A DNA stretch of 64,000 nucleotides from Anolis carolinensis. Its lineage: Eukaryota. This document shows, piece by piece, positions 1 to 11,919 of this stretch. A program made the translations under genes and the position numbers. The stretch's first letter is position 1, and the number at the start of each line of letters is the position of its first letter. The stretch spans positions 16,654,782-16,718,781 of the forward strand of contig NC_085842.1 in NCBI RefSeq assembly GCF_035594765.1, in the 5' to 3' direction. Under the pieces are notes generated by a model that made no database searches, was not told the origin of the DNA, and was given only the letters and a program-made list of their open reading frames with translations.

Positions 1-50
1 AAAACTATTATTCTTGGTTCCTTGGAATTACTAAGGTGAAACTGTCTCAC

Positions 51-464
51 CTGGGGCTTCTTCTGCTTTCGCTCCTTTTCTGCCCGACTCAGAAGGAAAC
101 CTTCAGCCAAAGCCACGGCCTGGGAACTGGTCTCTGCCCCACATTCCCTCACCCAGCGCTCCATCTCCGCAGGAAGGACGGCCAGGAACTGCTCCAGGAG
201 CACCAGGTCCAACATCTGGGCTTTGGAGTGCTTCTCTGGCTTCAGCCACAGGCGGCAGAGAGAGTGGAGGCGGCTGCAAACCTCCCGGGGCCCCTGAGCC
301 TCCTCATAGTGGAAGCGCCGGAAGAGTAGGCATTGAAGGTCTGAACGGAGCAGACTGCTTTCCAGATTTTGCTTCAAAGGGTCCTTCCAGAATGCTCCAC
401 CTCTCTCTGCCCCAATAGCAGAAAATGTTTCTAACTGGAAGCCAGCTGGCTTTTGCCTTTCCAT
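51..464 (-). CDS. Gene 0: SCAN-domain coding exon of a SCAN(-KRAB)-ZNF gene that continues off the left edge
   Basis: ATG at 464 (MERQKPAG...[78 protein letters not shown]); 138 codons; donor CAG|GTGAG at 51/50; acceptor TTTTCAG|G at 545/544. Absent from the ORF track because the frame runs off the window. Confidence 0.9.
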
Positions 465-622
465 CTTTGTTCAGTGCTTCTCAGGTGCCTCCAAAGTGGA
501 TGAAGAGTGTAGCCAAAGGCAAGGATTGAGTGCGCTGAAAGTGCCTGAAAAAAGAAAACAAGATAATAATGAAACTCTCATACTGAGGCTTCTGGGGCAA
601 GACAAATGATTGACCATGAATG

Positions 623-1077
623 TGTGAGGGGAGATGCTGGGATAGGGAGTTAATCAATCATCTGACACCCTGACTGTTTGATGAGTCAGTTCTCTCCGTC
701 TGCTCACCCGAAGGACCACTTGATGCAGCAGCAAAAGTGGCAACCAACAAAACAACAGCTCAGTCGCTGTTTTACTGCTGATCCCAGCAGGTCTACTTAC
801 TTTATTTTACAATATATTTACAATTACTGAAAGCCATAACTCTCTGGACACATGACACTTTTCCAATCGCAAGCTTGTCTGTACAAGCAGGCACCTCCTG
901 TATTCCTCAGTTCACGATGAAAGTTCCGGTCAAACGGAAGCCCTGACCTATTGGTCCTGTGAGCAATCAATCAAGCTGGCTTGTGCTTAACCCATGCGCT
1001 GCTGGAATGCTCTGCTGGAAACACCCAACAGCATAACTTGATATAACATTTCACTTTAACAACAAAATACACTAACA
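623..1077 (-). mobile_element. Solo LTR (455 bp)
   Basis: TG...CA termini, 5-bp TSD GAATG (618-622, 1078-1082); the empty site is visible in the duplicated segment at ~1529; AATAAA on the - strand at ~801. Confidence 0.8.
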
Positions 1078-1241
1078 GAATGTTAAATAGATGGCTGGCT
1101 TCTCACTATGGATAGACGGCAAAAGCCTAGATTCAAAGAAAGGATCCTGAACTTCTCACAGAACAAAGTCAGGGTCCTCTCAGTTGTTCCCACCCCCAAA
1201 TCTCTCTTCTTATTTGTGAATCCACTGCATTCTCAAACTTA

Positions 1242-1391
1242 GGCTGGATTTACACTACCCTAGCACCCAGGATCAGATCCCACATTATCTACTTTGAACT
1301 GGACTATATGAGTCTCCACTGCCATATAATTTGAGATAAGCAGATCATCTGGGATCAGATCCTGGAATATAAAGGCAGTGTAGAAGGTGCC
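1242..1391. mobile_element. Palindromic PIF/Harbinger-like MITE
   Basis: GGC-start imperfect terminal inverted repeats, internal palindrome, TTA/TCA flanks; related copies at ~31310-32230 and ~41505-41735. Confidence 0.55.
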
Positions 1392-1705
1392 TCAGGTGCC
1401 TCCAAAGTGGATGAAGAGAGTATTCAAAGGCAAGGATTGAATACTCTGAAAGTACCTGACAAAAGAAAACAAGATAATAATGAAACTCTCATAATGAGGC
1501 TTTTGGGGCAGGATAAATGTTTGACCATGAATGTTTAATAGATGCCTGGCTTCTCTATAGGGATAGAGGGCAAAAACCTAGCTTCAAGAGTCCTAAACTT
1601 CTCACAGAACAAAATCAGGGTCCTCTCCGTTGTTCCATCCTGCAAATCCTTCCTATTCCTTTCTCTTATTTTGTGTATCCCTCTGAATCCCTTGTTTTCT
1701 CAAAC
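1391..1705. repeat. Local duplication of 480-1238 (gene 0 acceptor region plus adjacent intron) without the LTR
   Basis: ctcaggtgcctccaaagtggatgaagag...gaccatgaatgt at both 480 and 1391; colinear apart from the 623-1077 insertion. Confidence 0.85.
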
Positions 1706-2277
1706 CCAGTCTTTTGACTGTGGTTATTGCAAGTCTTCCCACCCTGCAGACCCCATAGCTCCCACCCAAGAGATTCTGTTGCCTGAAGCTAAGGTCTAGG
1801 AAGCCTCCTTTTCTTGACCTTGCAAGAGAAACAGGGGGACCAGCAAAGGGTCTCTTCCACTGAATGTAGAGATCCCTTGATCCAGAGCCCCTTCCTCCTT
1901 CCACTAGACAAGGGGGTCTTAAGCCTGCCTCCAATGCTGCCTCCCAAATTCTGCAGGAACAACCCCCTCAGAAGATAATGTTCATGTCCAAAAAACATTC
2001 ACATCCTTCCCTCTCTCCACCCTCCCTTTCTGGGACAGAAAATGAGGGAGACCACTTTTGGCTCTGTCCCTCGCAAACCCCTCAGAGGAGCCCCTGCAAC
2101 TGAAGCCCCCTTTGGCAGGAAGGCCCATGCCAACTTTGGCCCTCCCTCCAGGTATTTTGGACTTCAACTCCCACGGTTCCTAACAGCTTACTTACAGTCT
2201 AGTAATTGTGGAAATTAAAGTCTAGAACTCCTGGAGGAGGGGGCGAAGTTGGCCCAGGCCTGATTCAAATTGTGTTC

Positions 2278-4027
2278 TTTTTGTGTTGTCCAAAGCTTTC
2301 ATGGCCGGAATTGCTGGGTTGCTGTGAGTTTTCTGGGAAATGTGAGTTGTTGGACAGCAGTGTAAGTGGGAAGGCTGTGGATGAAGTCAATAGAATGAAG
2401 AAGCAAACATGAAGTGGGTTGCTGTGAGTTTTCCGGGCTGTGTTCCAGAAGCATTCTATCGTGATGTTTCGCCCACATCTATGGCAGCCATTCTCAGAGG
2501 TTGTGAGATCTGTTGGAAACTAGCCAAGTGGGGTTTATAAATCTGTGGAATGTCCAGAGTGGGAGAAAGAACTCTTGTCTGAGGAAAGTGTGACTATTGC
2601 AATTGGCCAGCTTGATTAGCATTAAATAGCATGGCATATTCAAAGCCTGGCTGCTTCCTGCCTGGGGAAATCCTTCGTTGGGATGTGTTATCTGGCTCTG
2701 ATTGATTCCTATCTAGAAGTCCCCTGTTTTCTGAAAGTTGCTCTTTATTTACTTCCCTGATTCTAGAGGTTTTTTTAATACTGGTAGTCAGATTTTGTTC
2801 ATTTATTAGTTTACTTCGTTTATATCCTGCTCTTCTCACCCTGCAGGCGACTCAGAGCGGTGTATAACATATATTTAGGCAAACATTCAATGCCTCAATT
2901 ATATGAACATTATAAACATAAAATAAAATCATTAAAACAGTAAACATAAAAATAATTTAAAACCAGTAACATTAAACACGATCAATCTAATACACAATTA
3001 TCACATTGCACCAATCCTTAGTCATAATTCAGCTACTTCATTTCTAACCGAGTCATGACAGGATGCTGGATTGCATTTCTGTCACTCTCTGAAAGCCTGT
3101 CTGAATAGCCAATTCTTAACCTGTTTCCTAAATGCCAGGAGGGAGGGGGGCAATCTGATCTCATTGGGAAGGGTGTTCCACAGCTGAGGAGCCACCGCCG
3201 AGAAGGCCCTGTCTCTCGTCCCCACTAATCATGCTTGTGAAGGTGATGGAACTGAGAGCAGGACCTGCCCGGCACATCTTAGTGCTCAAACTGATTCATA
3301 AAGGGAGATGAGTTTTGATAGGTAAACTGGAGCCATTTAAAGTTTTATAGGCTAAAGCCAGCACTTTGTATTGTTCCCGCTAGCAAACTGGCAGCCAGTG
3401 GAGCTGACACAACAGGAGTGTTGTGTGCTCCTTGTACGCCTCTCCAGTAAGGAGCCTAGCTGCCACAAATTGGACTACTTGAAGCTTTTGAACAGTCTTC
3501 ATAGGCAGCCCCATGTAGAGCGTATTGCAGTAGTTTATTCAAGATGTAACGACAGAGTGGACCATTTTCATGGTTTCCTCCTGTCTGTTGAAAATTGTCC
3601 ACATGCTTGTGGATTTCAATGGCTTCTCTGTGTAGTCTGGCATGGTGGTTATGAAAGTGGTCCAGCATTTGTGTTCTCAAATAATATGATGTGCCCAGAT
3701 TGGTTCATCAATGTTTTGCTATGGCTGACTTCTCTGGTTGAATTAGGCAGCAGGTCCAGCTAACACCTCCCAACAAAGGAAGCAGCCAGGCTTTGAAGCT
3801 ACAACTCTACTCAATGCTAATCAAGGTGGCCAGCTGAAACATTCACACTTGCCTCAAACAGACAAGAGTTCTTTCTCCCACCCTGGACATTATTCCACAG
3901 ATATATAAACCTCACTTGGTTAGTTTCCAACAGACCTCACAACTACTGTGAATGCCTGCTATTGATGTGGGAAAAACGTCAAGAGAGAATGCTTCTGGAA
4001 CACAGCCCGGAAAACTCACAGCAACCC
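2278..4027 (-). mobile_element. Penelope-like element fragment with an inverted pLTR, interrupted by an L2
   Basis: pLTR/3' end on - strand 2278-2802, resuming 3564-3742 with endonuclease C-terminal residues (HHARLHREAIEIHKH); inverted pLTR copy on + strand at ~3743-4027. Confidence 0.75.
2803..3563 (-). mobile_element. L2 LINE 3' fragment nested in the Penelope element
   Basis: Reverse complement of the RT C-terminus (YCNTLYMGLP-like) plus L2 3' tail; homologous to 8430-9320. Confidence 0.75.
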
Positions 4028-4221
4028 ACTTCATGTTTGTTTTTTCATTCTATTGACTTCACCCACAGCCTTCCCACTTACATTGCTGTCCACCAACTCA
4101 CATTTCCTTATGAACATATAGAAGAAATAGGACACTGGAGAGTCTTGTGCAAATTGATTTTAAGGGAGTAAGCTGCTCCCTTAAGCTGCTATCTGGTATT
4201 TTCACTTACATATGCTTGTTT

Positions 4222-4553
4222 AAAGTAAAGGTAAAGGTTTCCCCTGATGTTAAGTCCAGTCATGTCTGACTCTGGGGGTTGGTGCTCATCTCCATTTCTA
4301 AGCCGAAGAGCCGGCGTTGTCCGTAGACACCTCCAAGGTCATGTGGCCGGCATGACTGCATGGAGCGCCGTTATGTTCCCGCCAGAACGGTACCTATTGA
4401 TCTACTCACATTTGCATGCTTTCGAACTGCTAGGTTGGCAGGAGCTGTGGCTAACAGCGGGCGCTCACTCCGCTCCCAGGATTTGAACCTGGCACCTTTC
4501 GGTCCACAAGTTCAGCAGCTCAGTGCTTTAACACACTTCGCCACCGGGGCTCC
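4222..4553 (-). mobile_element. Sauria SINE, full length
   Basis: tRNA-like head, caacctagcagttcgaaa/gtagatcaataggtacc core, (ACCTTT)n tail. Confidence 0.85.
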
Positions 4554-5686
4554 CCATGTTTATAGAAAGGCACTATTTGGAAGAAACTAAAGGTCTGTAG
4601 CTTTACCTATTGATACTTCTGCCTTCAACCCTCATGCAGATATTTACAGAGTAGAAATTAAAGTTTAAAGTCCTGGATAAGGATACAATGCATTTCTCAA
4701 TTCCCACAGGGGAGAAACCATCAAATATTGGGAGTATGCGAGTTCAGATTTGCATTACATCCAATAATTAATATGGGGTGGATTTCCTAAATGCTTTCAC
4801 TGGATAACTTTGTAGTTGGAAAAGCAATGTCATCAGAGAATCCAGAGAGATGTAAAAATGTTTCAGTGCTTGGAATAGTAATAATATTTATTTACATCCC
4901 GCCACCATCTCCCTGAAGGGACTCCACAGTACACATATAACATACAACGGGTAAAAATGGTACAAAAGTATAAAACAAGTCATATAAAATTATAACAACA
5001 ACCCCCGTCAACACATATAGCATAAAATCAGAATAATACAATGTTAAAACAACAGTAGATAATTGCAATCATTTCACAAAGTGCCAAATGGGCCCATTTA
5101 CAAGTTTCACTCAGTGCACTTTGCCCAGCTCATTTTATGTTTTTATTGCTGTGTTTTTCATGTGTTTTATAATGATTGTGATTTTTTAATGCCTTTTAAA
5201 TTTATTTGTGTGTTTTTGTATTTGATATTTGTATTTGATATCACTGTATGCTGGTTTTATATCTGTAAGCCGCCCCGAGTCCCTCTGGGGAGATGGTGGC
5301 GGGGTAGAAAAATAAAATTATTATTATTTATTATTATTCAGCCTACTCAAGGTCAAAGGCCTGTCTGAACATCCATGTTTTCAGGTTGGAATTGAAGGAT
5401 TGAAAGGTGGGGGCTAATCAAATGCAAAGAAATAGCTATTCCTCTTTTCAAAAGAGAATTTCTTTTTCTCTCTGAAATGTTAAGAGGCTTCCAAATACTG
5501 CATTATATATAATCCTGAATTTGGGTAGATAAAACAGTGATATTTCTTTCAAAGGAAGGTAAATGAAGTGAATTTGGGATAAGAAATATACAAATCCAAT
5601 ATGACAATGCGGTCTGGAGAGAGAAGCTGGGATATAAATTAAGCAAGTTGAAGAGCAGCTGGCAATTAGGAGCTGCTAGCAATTAG

Positions 5687-6022
5687 GAGATGGAGTGGCA
5701 CAATGGGCTAAACCCTTGTGCTGGTTGAATTGCTGACCTGATGGTTGGTAGTTCAAATCCATGAGATGGGTTGTGTCCTTATCCGTCAGCCCTAGCTTCC
5801 CATGTGGGGACATGAGAAAAGCCTCCCAGCAGGATAGTAACATTCACACTTGCCTCCAACAGACAACAGAGTTCTTTCTCCTACCCTGGACTTTCCACAG
5901 ATATATAAACAGCACTAGTCCAATTTCCAACAGACCTCACAACCTCTGAGGATGCCTGCCACAGACTTCGGCAAAACGTTAGGAGAACATGACCAGACTG
6001 CCCAGAAAACTCACAGCAACCC
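5687..6022 (+). mobile_element. tRNA-SINE 5' part joined to a Penelope pLTR fragment
   Basis: 5687-5842 matches the A-tailed SINE at 45821; ~5840-6022 is pLTR with a decayed hammerhead motif. Confidence 0.55.
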
Positions 6023-6239
6023 GATGTTCTTTTTGGCTGTGACTGTGGTTATTGTAGGGCTCCCCCCCCCCCCCCCCGCAGGTCCCACAATCTCAAGTGG
6101 TAGTAGTCCATCTTTTCATGATACCTTAATAAGAAGAGATTATATAAGACCAGATAAGGTAGGCAGCAGGATCCCTGGAGGGAAGAGTAGTTCCCTTGTC
6201 CCTTGAATATTGCCCTGGCCCGGACTGAACCTCCTTGAT

Positions 6240-6988
6240 TCGTGTCTGGGCAATGCTATCTACAGAACCACTAACCAACAAATGCTACATTCAGCAAAGG
6301 ACAAGAAGGATCATCTCGCCTCTGCAGGAGTCTCCTGTATCCCATGGAGCTGTGGACAAGTCTACATAGGGGACCACCAAACGCAGCAACGCCCAGACAC
6401 GAATCAAGGAACATGAAAGACACTGCAGACTGATTCAACCAGAGAAGTCAGCCATAGCAGAGAACCTGATGAACTAACCTGGATACAACATATTATTTGA
6501 GAACACAAGGCCACTCTAACAACCACCATGTCAGGTTAAACAGAGAAGCCATTGAAGCAAGCATATGGACAATTTCCAAAAAAGGATGAAACCATGAAAA
6601 TGAACAAAATCTGGCTCCCAGTATTCAAAAACTCTAGAATCAGGACAATAAATAAAGCAACACTCAGAAGACAGGGAAATTCCAGACATGAAACAACCAG
6701 GGCCAGCTAACACCGCCCAACAAAGGATTCCCCCAGGCAGTAAGCAGCCAGGCCTTGAAGATGCAAGGCCATTCAATGCTAATCACTGTGATTAATTACA
6801 ACATTTATACCAACAGACAAGTTCTTTCTCCCACCCTGGACCTCATTCCACAGGTAAATAAACCCCACTTGCCTAGTTTCCAACAGACCTCTCAACCTCT
6901 GAGGATGCCTGCTATAGATGTGGGTGAAACGTCAAAAGAGAATGCTTCTGGAACATGGCCAGACAGCCTGAAAAACTCACAGCAACCA
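6240..6988 (+). mobile_element. Penelope-like element 3' fragment: decayed GIY-YIG endonuclease plus pLTR
   Basis: AGVSCIPWSCGQVYIG (GIY-YIG signature) then RIKEHERHCRLIQPEKSAIAE; frameshifts and stops; followed by pLTR with hammerhead core. Confidence 0.85.
6894..6938 (+). ncRNA. Minimal hammerhead ribozyme motif in a Penelope pLTR (core intact, stem I damaged)
   Basis: CUGAGGA 6899-6905, stem II GCCUGC/GUGGGU, GAAAC 6926-6930, GUC; 3' strand of stem I reads AAA instead of AGG. Confidence 0.55.
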
Positions 6989-6998
6989 TTCATTATTA

Positions 6999-7327
6999 CA
7001 GTAGAGTCTTGCTTATTCAACTTTTGCTTATCCAGCATTCTGTATTATCCAATGCAGTCTGCTTTTTAGTAGTCAATGATTTCAATACATTGCAATATTT
7101 TATTGCTAAATTCTTAAATACAGTAATTACTAAATAATGTTACTGTTTACAGAACTGCGTTTTCTGTCGATTTGTTGTAAAACATGATATTTTGGTGCTT
7201 TATTTTCAAAATCATAACCTAATTTGATGTTTAATATACTTTTCCTTAATCCCTCCTAATTGTCCAACATTTTCGCTTATCCAATATTCTGCCGGCCCCG
7301 TTACGTTGGATAAGGGAGACTCTACTG
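6999..7327. mobile_element. Tc1/mariner-type MITE
   Basis: TA-flanked CAGTAGAGTCT...AGACTCTACTG inverted repeats; repeated TTATCCAAC motifs. Confidence 0.8.
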
Positions 7328-7514
7328 TATTATTATTGTTGTTGTTGTTATTTTACAGGGGGTTCTGGAAAGACTTGGGCTAAACATTTGGGCTATATTT
7401 CCACCATTCCTGATTTAGATACGATTTATTTTGAAACTTTCATCATTATATAGTTTTTGAAGCAAAAACAAAATAGCTGTTGTCTTTAATTACATTGCAG
7501 TCAATGTGAGAAAG

Positions 7515-7802
7515 AAGCCGGACTTGGCCACAGTGGTCCATGCTCTTGTTACATTCCGATTAGACTACTGCAATGCACTCTACGTGGGGCTGCCTTTGAA
7601 GACAGTTCGGAAGCTTCAATTAGTCCAATGGGAGGCAACCAGGTTGTTAACCAGAGCGGCGTACAGGTAGCGCACTAATCCTCTGTTACGTCAGCTCCAC
7701 TGGCTGCCGATTAGCTACCGAGCACAATTCAAAGTGCTGGCTTTAGCCTATAAAGCTCTAAATGGTTCTGGCCCAGCTTACTTGTCCGAACGTGTCTCCC
7801 GC

Positions 7803-7861
<59 letters not shown>

Positions 7862-8430
7862 GCATTTCTATACTGCTTTTCTCACCCTTGGAGGGGACTC
7901 AAAGCGGTTTACAACATAATAAATGGCAAAATTTAATGGCTTACACACACACACACACACATATATATATGTATCACATATTTAAATAAAAAACATACAA
8001 CTGTAGATTAAAGCAATTAAAACTATAAAAACATCAAACATCGACATATGTATGAAACATATTACAGCAATTAACATAGGTCCCTTCTCTATCCCCACCA
8101 CCATCCGCCATCTCCCTCTCCATAGAGTTTCAACCTATCTTTATATACCCTCCCTGCTCCCAAAGGGAGCAAGATGGTGGAGGCCCTCGTAATTTAAGAT
8201 CTCCAGGGGAGGCCCTGCTCTTGGTCCCACCAGCCTCACAGGTGCGGCTGGTGGGGACGAGAGACAGGGCCTTCTCAGTGGTGGCTCCTCGACTGTGGAA
8301 CTCCCTCCCTAGTGACATCTGGCAGGCTCCATCCCTTTTGAGTTTTAGAAATAAAGTGAAGACCTGGCTATGCGAGCAAGCGTTCACAGAATAGGTTTTG
8401 TTGGTTTCAACTCGGTCTGGACTAAGGTTT
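7515..8430 (+). mobile_element. L2 LINE RT fragment split by an antisense L2 tail with (ATT)n and (CA)n microsatellites
   Basis: RLDYCNALYVGLPLKTVRKLQLVQ at ~7557-7630; (ATT)n 7803-7857; L2 resumes at ~8185. Confidence 0.7.
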
Positions 8431-9320
8431 ATGTATAAGGTTTTGTGGATGCACTCCCCCTGAAGACACAGGTTTGCAGTCTGGGTGTTCTCCTGGACTC
8501 ATCGCTGAGCCTGGAACCCCAGGTCTCGGCAGTGGCCAGGGGAGCCTTCACACAACTCCGCCTTGTGAGCCAGCTGCGCCCGTTCCTTGGGAAGTCTGAC
8601 TTGGCCATGGTGGTCCACACTCCGGTTACATCCCATTTGGACTACTGCAACGCTCTCTACGTGGGGTTGCCTTTGAAGACGGCCCGGAAGCTCCAACTAG
8701 TACAACGGGCGGCAGCCAGATTAATAACTGGGGCGGCTTACAGGGAGAGTACCACCCCCCTACTTAGCCAGCTCCACTGGCTGCCGATATGCTACCGAGC
8801 CCAATTCAAAGTGCTGGTTTTGACCTATAAAGCCCTAAACGGTTCTGGCCCAATCTACTTGTCCGAACGTATCTCCTCCTATGAGCCAGGAAGATCCCTA
8901 AGGTCATCTGGAGAGGCCCTGCTCTCGGTCCTGCCTGCCTCGCAAACGCGGCTGGTGGGAATGAGGGACGGGGCCTTTTCGATCGTGGCTCCTCGGTTGT
9001 GAAACACCCTCCCCAGAGATGTACGACAAGCCCCAACCCTTTTGAGTTTTAGAAAAGCCCTGAAAACATGGCTATGTGCCAGGCTTTCGAAGATTAAATG
9101 ATAAAGACGACCCGGACTGATTTACGGCTACAGCACGAGGATTTTGGATGAACGGATTTTTAACCATGTTTTATATTTTTATATTGTTTTAATTGGATTT
9201 TCATTGCTATGTTTTAATTATGTGTAGCCATCGAATTGTTGCCAATTGTGTACACCGCCCTAAGTCCCTTCGGGTGAGAAGGGCGGGATATAAATGTTGG
9301 AAATAAATAAAAATAAAATG
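8430..9320 (+). mobile_element. L2 LINE 3' end (RT C-terminus plus 3'UTR)
   Basis: ORF 8445-9002 LGVLLDSSLSLEPQV...LDYCNALYVGLPLKTARKLQLVQRAAARLITG...LHWLPI; tail gtgagaagggcgggatataaat...aaataaa. Confidence 0.85.
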
Positions 9321-9356
9321 AATGGCTCAAGTATTTTGTATTGTTTTAAATCTGTA

Positions 9357-9684
9357 AGGTAAAGGTAAAGGTTTTCCCCTGACATTAAGTCCAGCCGTAA
9401 CCGACTCTGGGGGTTGGTGCTCATCTCCATTTCTAAGCCGAAAAGCCGGTGTTGTCCATAGACACCTCCATGGTCATGTGGCTGGCATGACTGCATGGAG
9501 CACCGTTACCTTGCTGGAGCGGTACCTATTGATCTACTCACATTTGCATGTTTTTGAACTGCTAGGTTGGCAGGAGCTGGGGCTAACTGGGCGCTCACTC
9601 CGCTCCCGGGATTTGAACCTGGGACTTTTTGGTCCTCAAGTTCAGCGGCTCAGCGCTTTAACACACTGTGCCACCAGGGGCCAC
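9357..9684 (-). mobile_element. Sauria SINE
   Basis: Family motifs; TSD TTAAATCTGTA (9346-9356, 9685-9695). Confidence 0.85.
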
Positions 9685-9939
9685 TTAAATCTGTATTTAA
9701 CTGCTTTATGTTTTATTCTTTCGTGTTGTTGTGTATTGGCATCGAATTCTGCCAGTTTTGTAAGCCACCCTGAGTCCCTCTGAGTGAGAAGGGCGGGATA
9801 AAAATGATGGAAATAAATAAATAATAAATGATTATCTTGACTAAATGCATCTTACAGGCCCCACAGCTCCCAACCAGGGTATTTTGGTGCCTGAAGCCAA
9901 GGCCTGGGAGGCCTCCTTGTCCTGATTCCTGCAAAGAAG

Positions 9940-10420
9940 CAGCGGGAGCAGCAGAGGGGCTCTTCCTCTTCCTGTGGGGCAGGCACTGAAGGCCTGGGCC
10001 GCCTTAGAGGCCTCCACAGCCCCCTCCTCCCTCCACTGCCGCCTCCAAAGCTGTGCCGCCTGAGCCTTACTGGTGAAGGCCCTGCCTGCTGGCCCAGACC
10101 CTCACTGGCCACTCCCTCCCCGCCCTCCGGCCCTACCTGTCAGCCCTGAAAGGAGCCTCCAAATCCCCTCAGAAGACGACGCCTGCGCCCAGAAGACATT
10201 CCTCAGGAGGGACCACTTCCGGCCCCGCCCCCGCCAACGCCTCCGAGGAGTTACGCAGCGGAAACCGGAAGGGGAGGCGCTTCCTTTTCCGCTCCTTCGC
10301 CTGAGCTTTAACCTTTCAGGGGCGGGAGGAGAGGCAGCCGCGTTCTCCTCAGGGGGAGAGAAGGGCTGACTGGGCCTGACGCAGGCCTCGCCTCTCGCCA
10401 AGCCATTCCTACAGGCCTGG
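9940..10420. promoter_or_regulatory. CpG-island promoter, probably bidirectional for genes 0 (-) and A (+)
   Basis: The clearest non-repeat CpG/GC-rich block; ETS motifs in both orientations (CACTTCCGG ~10213, ACCGGAAG ~10264), GC boxes (CCCCGCCCCC); - strand donor CAG|GTAGGG at 10137/10136; lies between head-to-head SCAN exons. Confidence 0.7.
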
Positions 10421-10553
10421 AAGTCTCCAGTCAGATGCTGTGGGAAGTTTACAACAAAGGAATGAGTGAATGGTGCGATACTCACGGGATGCTCTGGTAA
10501 CCTCGCATTGTACACATACACAAAGGTGTTGACACCCACAGTCCGTTCTGGTA

Positions 10554-10876
10554 CACTAGAGTCTCACTTATCCAACATAAACGGGCCGGCAGAACGTTGG
10601 ATAAGAGAATATGTGGGATAATAAGGAGGGATTAAGGAAAAGCCTATTAAACATCAAACCAGGTTATGATTTTACAAATTAAGCACCAAAACATCATGTT
10701 ATACAACACATTTGGCAGAAAAAGTAGTCAAATATGCAGTAATGTTACGTTGTAATTACTGTATTTACTAATTTAGCACCAAAATATCACGATGTATTGA
10801 AAACATTGGCTACAAAAATATGTTGGATAATCCAGGATGTTGGATAAGCAAGTGTTGGATAAGTGAGACTCTACTG
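10554..10876. mobile_element. Tc1/mariner-type MITE
   Basis: TA-flanked inverted repeats, same family as 6999. Confidence 0.8.
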
Positions 10877-10968
10877 TATATTATATTACTAGCTATGCCC
10901 AGCCATGTGTTGCTGTGGGGGTTTTCTTCGTGGCATTTAAGGTGGCCTAGAAAGGATTCCCCTAGGTA

Positions 10969-11394
10969 CCCTGTTTCCCCTAAAACAAGACATCCCCAAA
11001 AAATAAGACCTAGCAGAGGTTTTGCTGAATTGCTAAATATAAGGCCTCCCCTGAAAGTAAGACCTAGCAAAAGTTTTGTTTGGAAGCATGCCCGGCACTC
11101 ACCAAACAAAAAAGCCATAGCATGCAAGATTGGTAAATGTACATACCAGTTGTATATGGAAATCATGGTAGTAACAAGAAATTCTTGACAGAAGTCACAG
11201 TTTGTCTGGTTTGGTTATGTTGGTTTGTGATGACAACTATTGTACAGTATAGAATAAATGTTCATTTTTTTGTTCAACAATAAATGTGAATTCTTCTTCA
11301 TGGAAAAATAAGACATCCCCTGAAAATAAGACCTAGCGCATCTTTGGGAGTAAAAAATAATATAAGACACTGTCTTATTTTCGGGGAAACACGG
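10969..11394. mobile_element. pogo/Tigger-like MITE
   Basis: TA-flanked inverted repeats CC(C/G)TGTTTCCCC..AAAA(C/T)AAGACA. Confidence 0.7.
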
Positions 11395-11584
11395 TATGAA
11401 GCAGCCAGGCTTTGAAGCTGCAAGGCTATTCAATAGTAATCAAGTTGGCCAACAATGGAGTCCCTTAGGTATGAAGCAGTTAGGCTTTGAAGCTGGAAGG
11501 TCACTCCTTGGAAAGTGATGAGTATTGTGGCCAAATTTGGTGTGATATGGACCAGTGGTTTTGTTGTTAACTCTGTCCTAATTA

Positions 11585-11919
11585 CAGTAGAGTCTCACTT
11601 ATCCAACATAAACGGGCCAACAGAATGTTGGATAAGTGAATATGTTGGATAACAAGGAAGGATTAAGGAAAAGCCTATTAAACATCAAATTAGGTTAAGA
11701 TTTTACAAATGAAGCACCAAAACATCATGTTATACAATACATTTGACAGAAAAAAGTAGTTCAATATGCAGTAATGTTATGTTGTAATTACTGTATTTAC
11801 GAATTTAGCACCAAAACATTGCAACATTTACTACAAAGACATTGACTACTAAAAGGCAGACTGCCTTGGATAATACAGAACATTGTATAAGTGAAGCTTG
11901 GATAAGTGAGACTCTACTG
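11585..11919. mobile_element. Tc1/mariner-type MITE
   Basis: TA|CAGTAGAGTCTCACTTATCCAA...TTGGATAAGTGAGACTCTACTG|TA. Confidence 0.85.

Noticed and set aside
36-329. + strand 97-aa ORF and similar antisense ORFs at the other SCAN exons
   Set aside because: Antisense shadows of the SCAN exon; their mutual similarity only reflects the conserved SCAN DNA.
8445-9002. 185-aa ORF as a host gene (also 29217-29591, 27981-28394, 40560-40934, 58616-59074)
   Set aside because: Truncated reverse transcriptase fragments of L2, RTE, CR1 and BovB LINEs.
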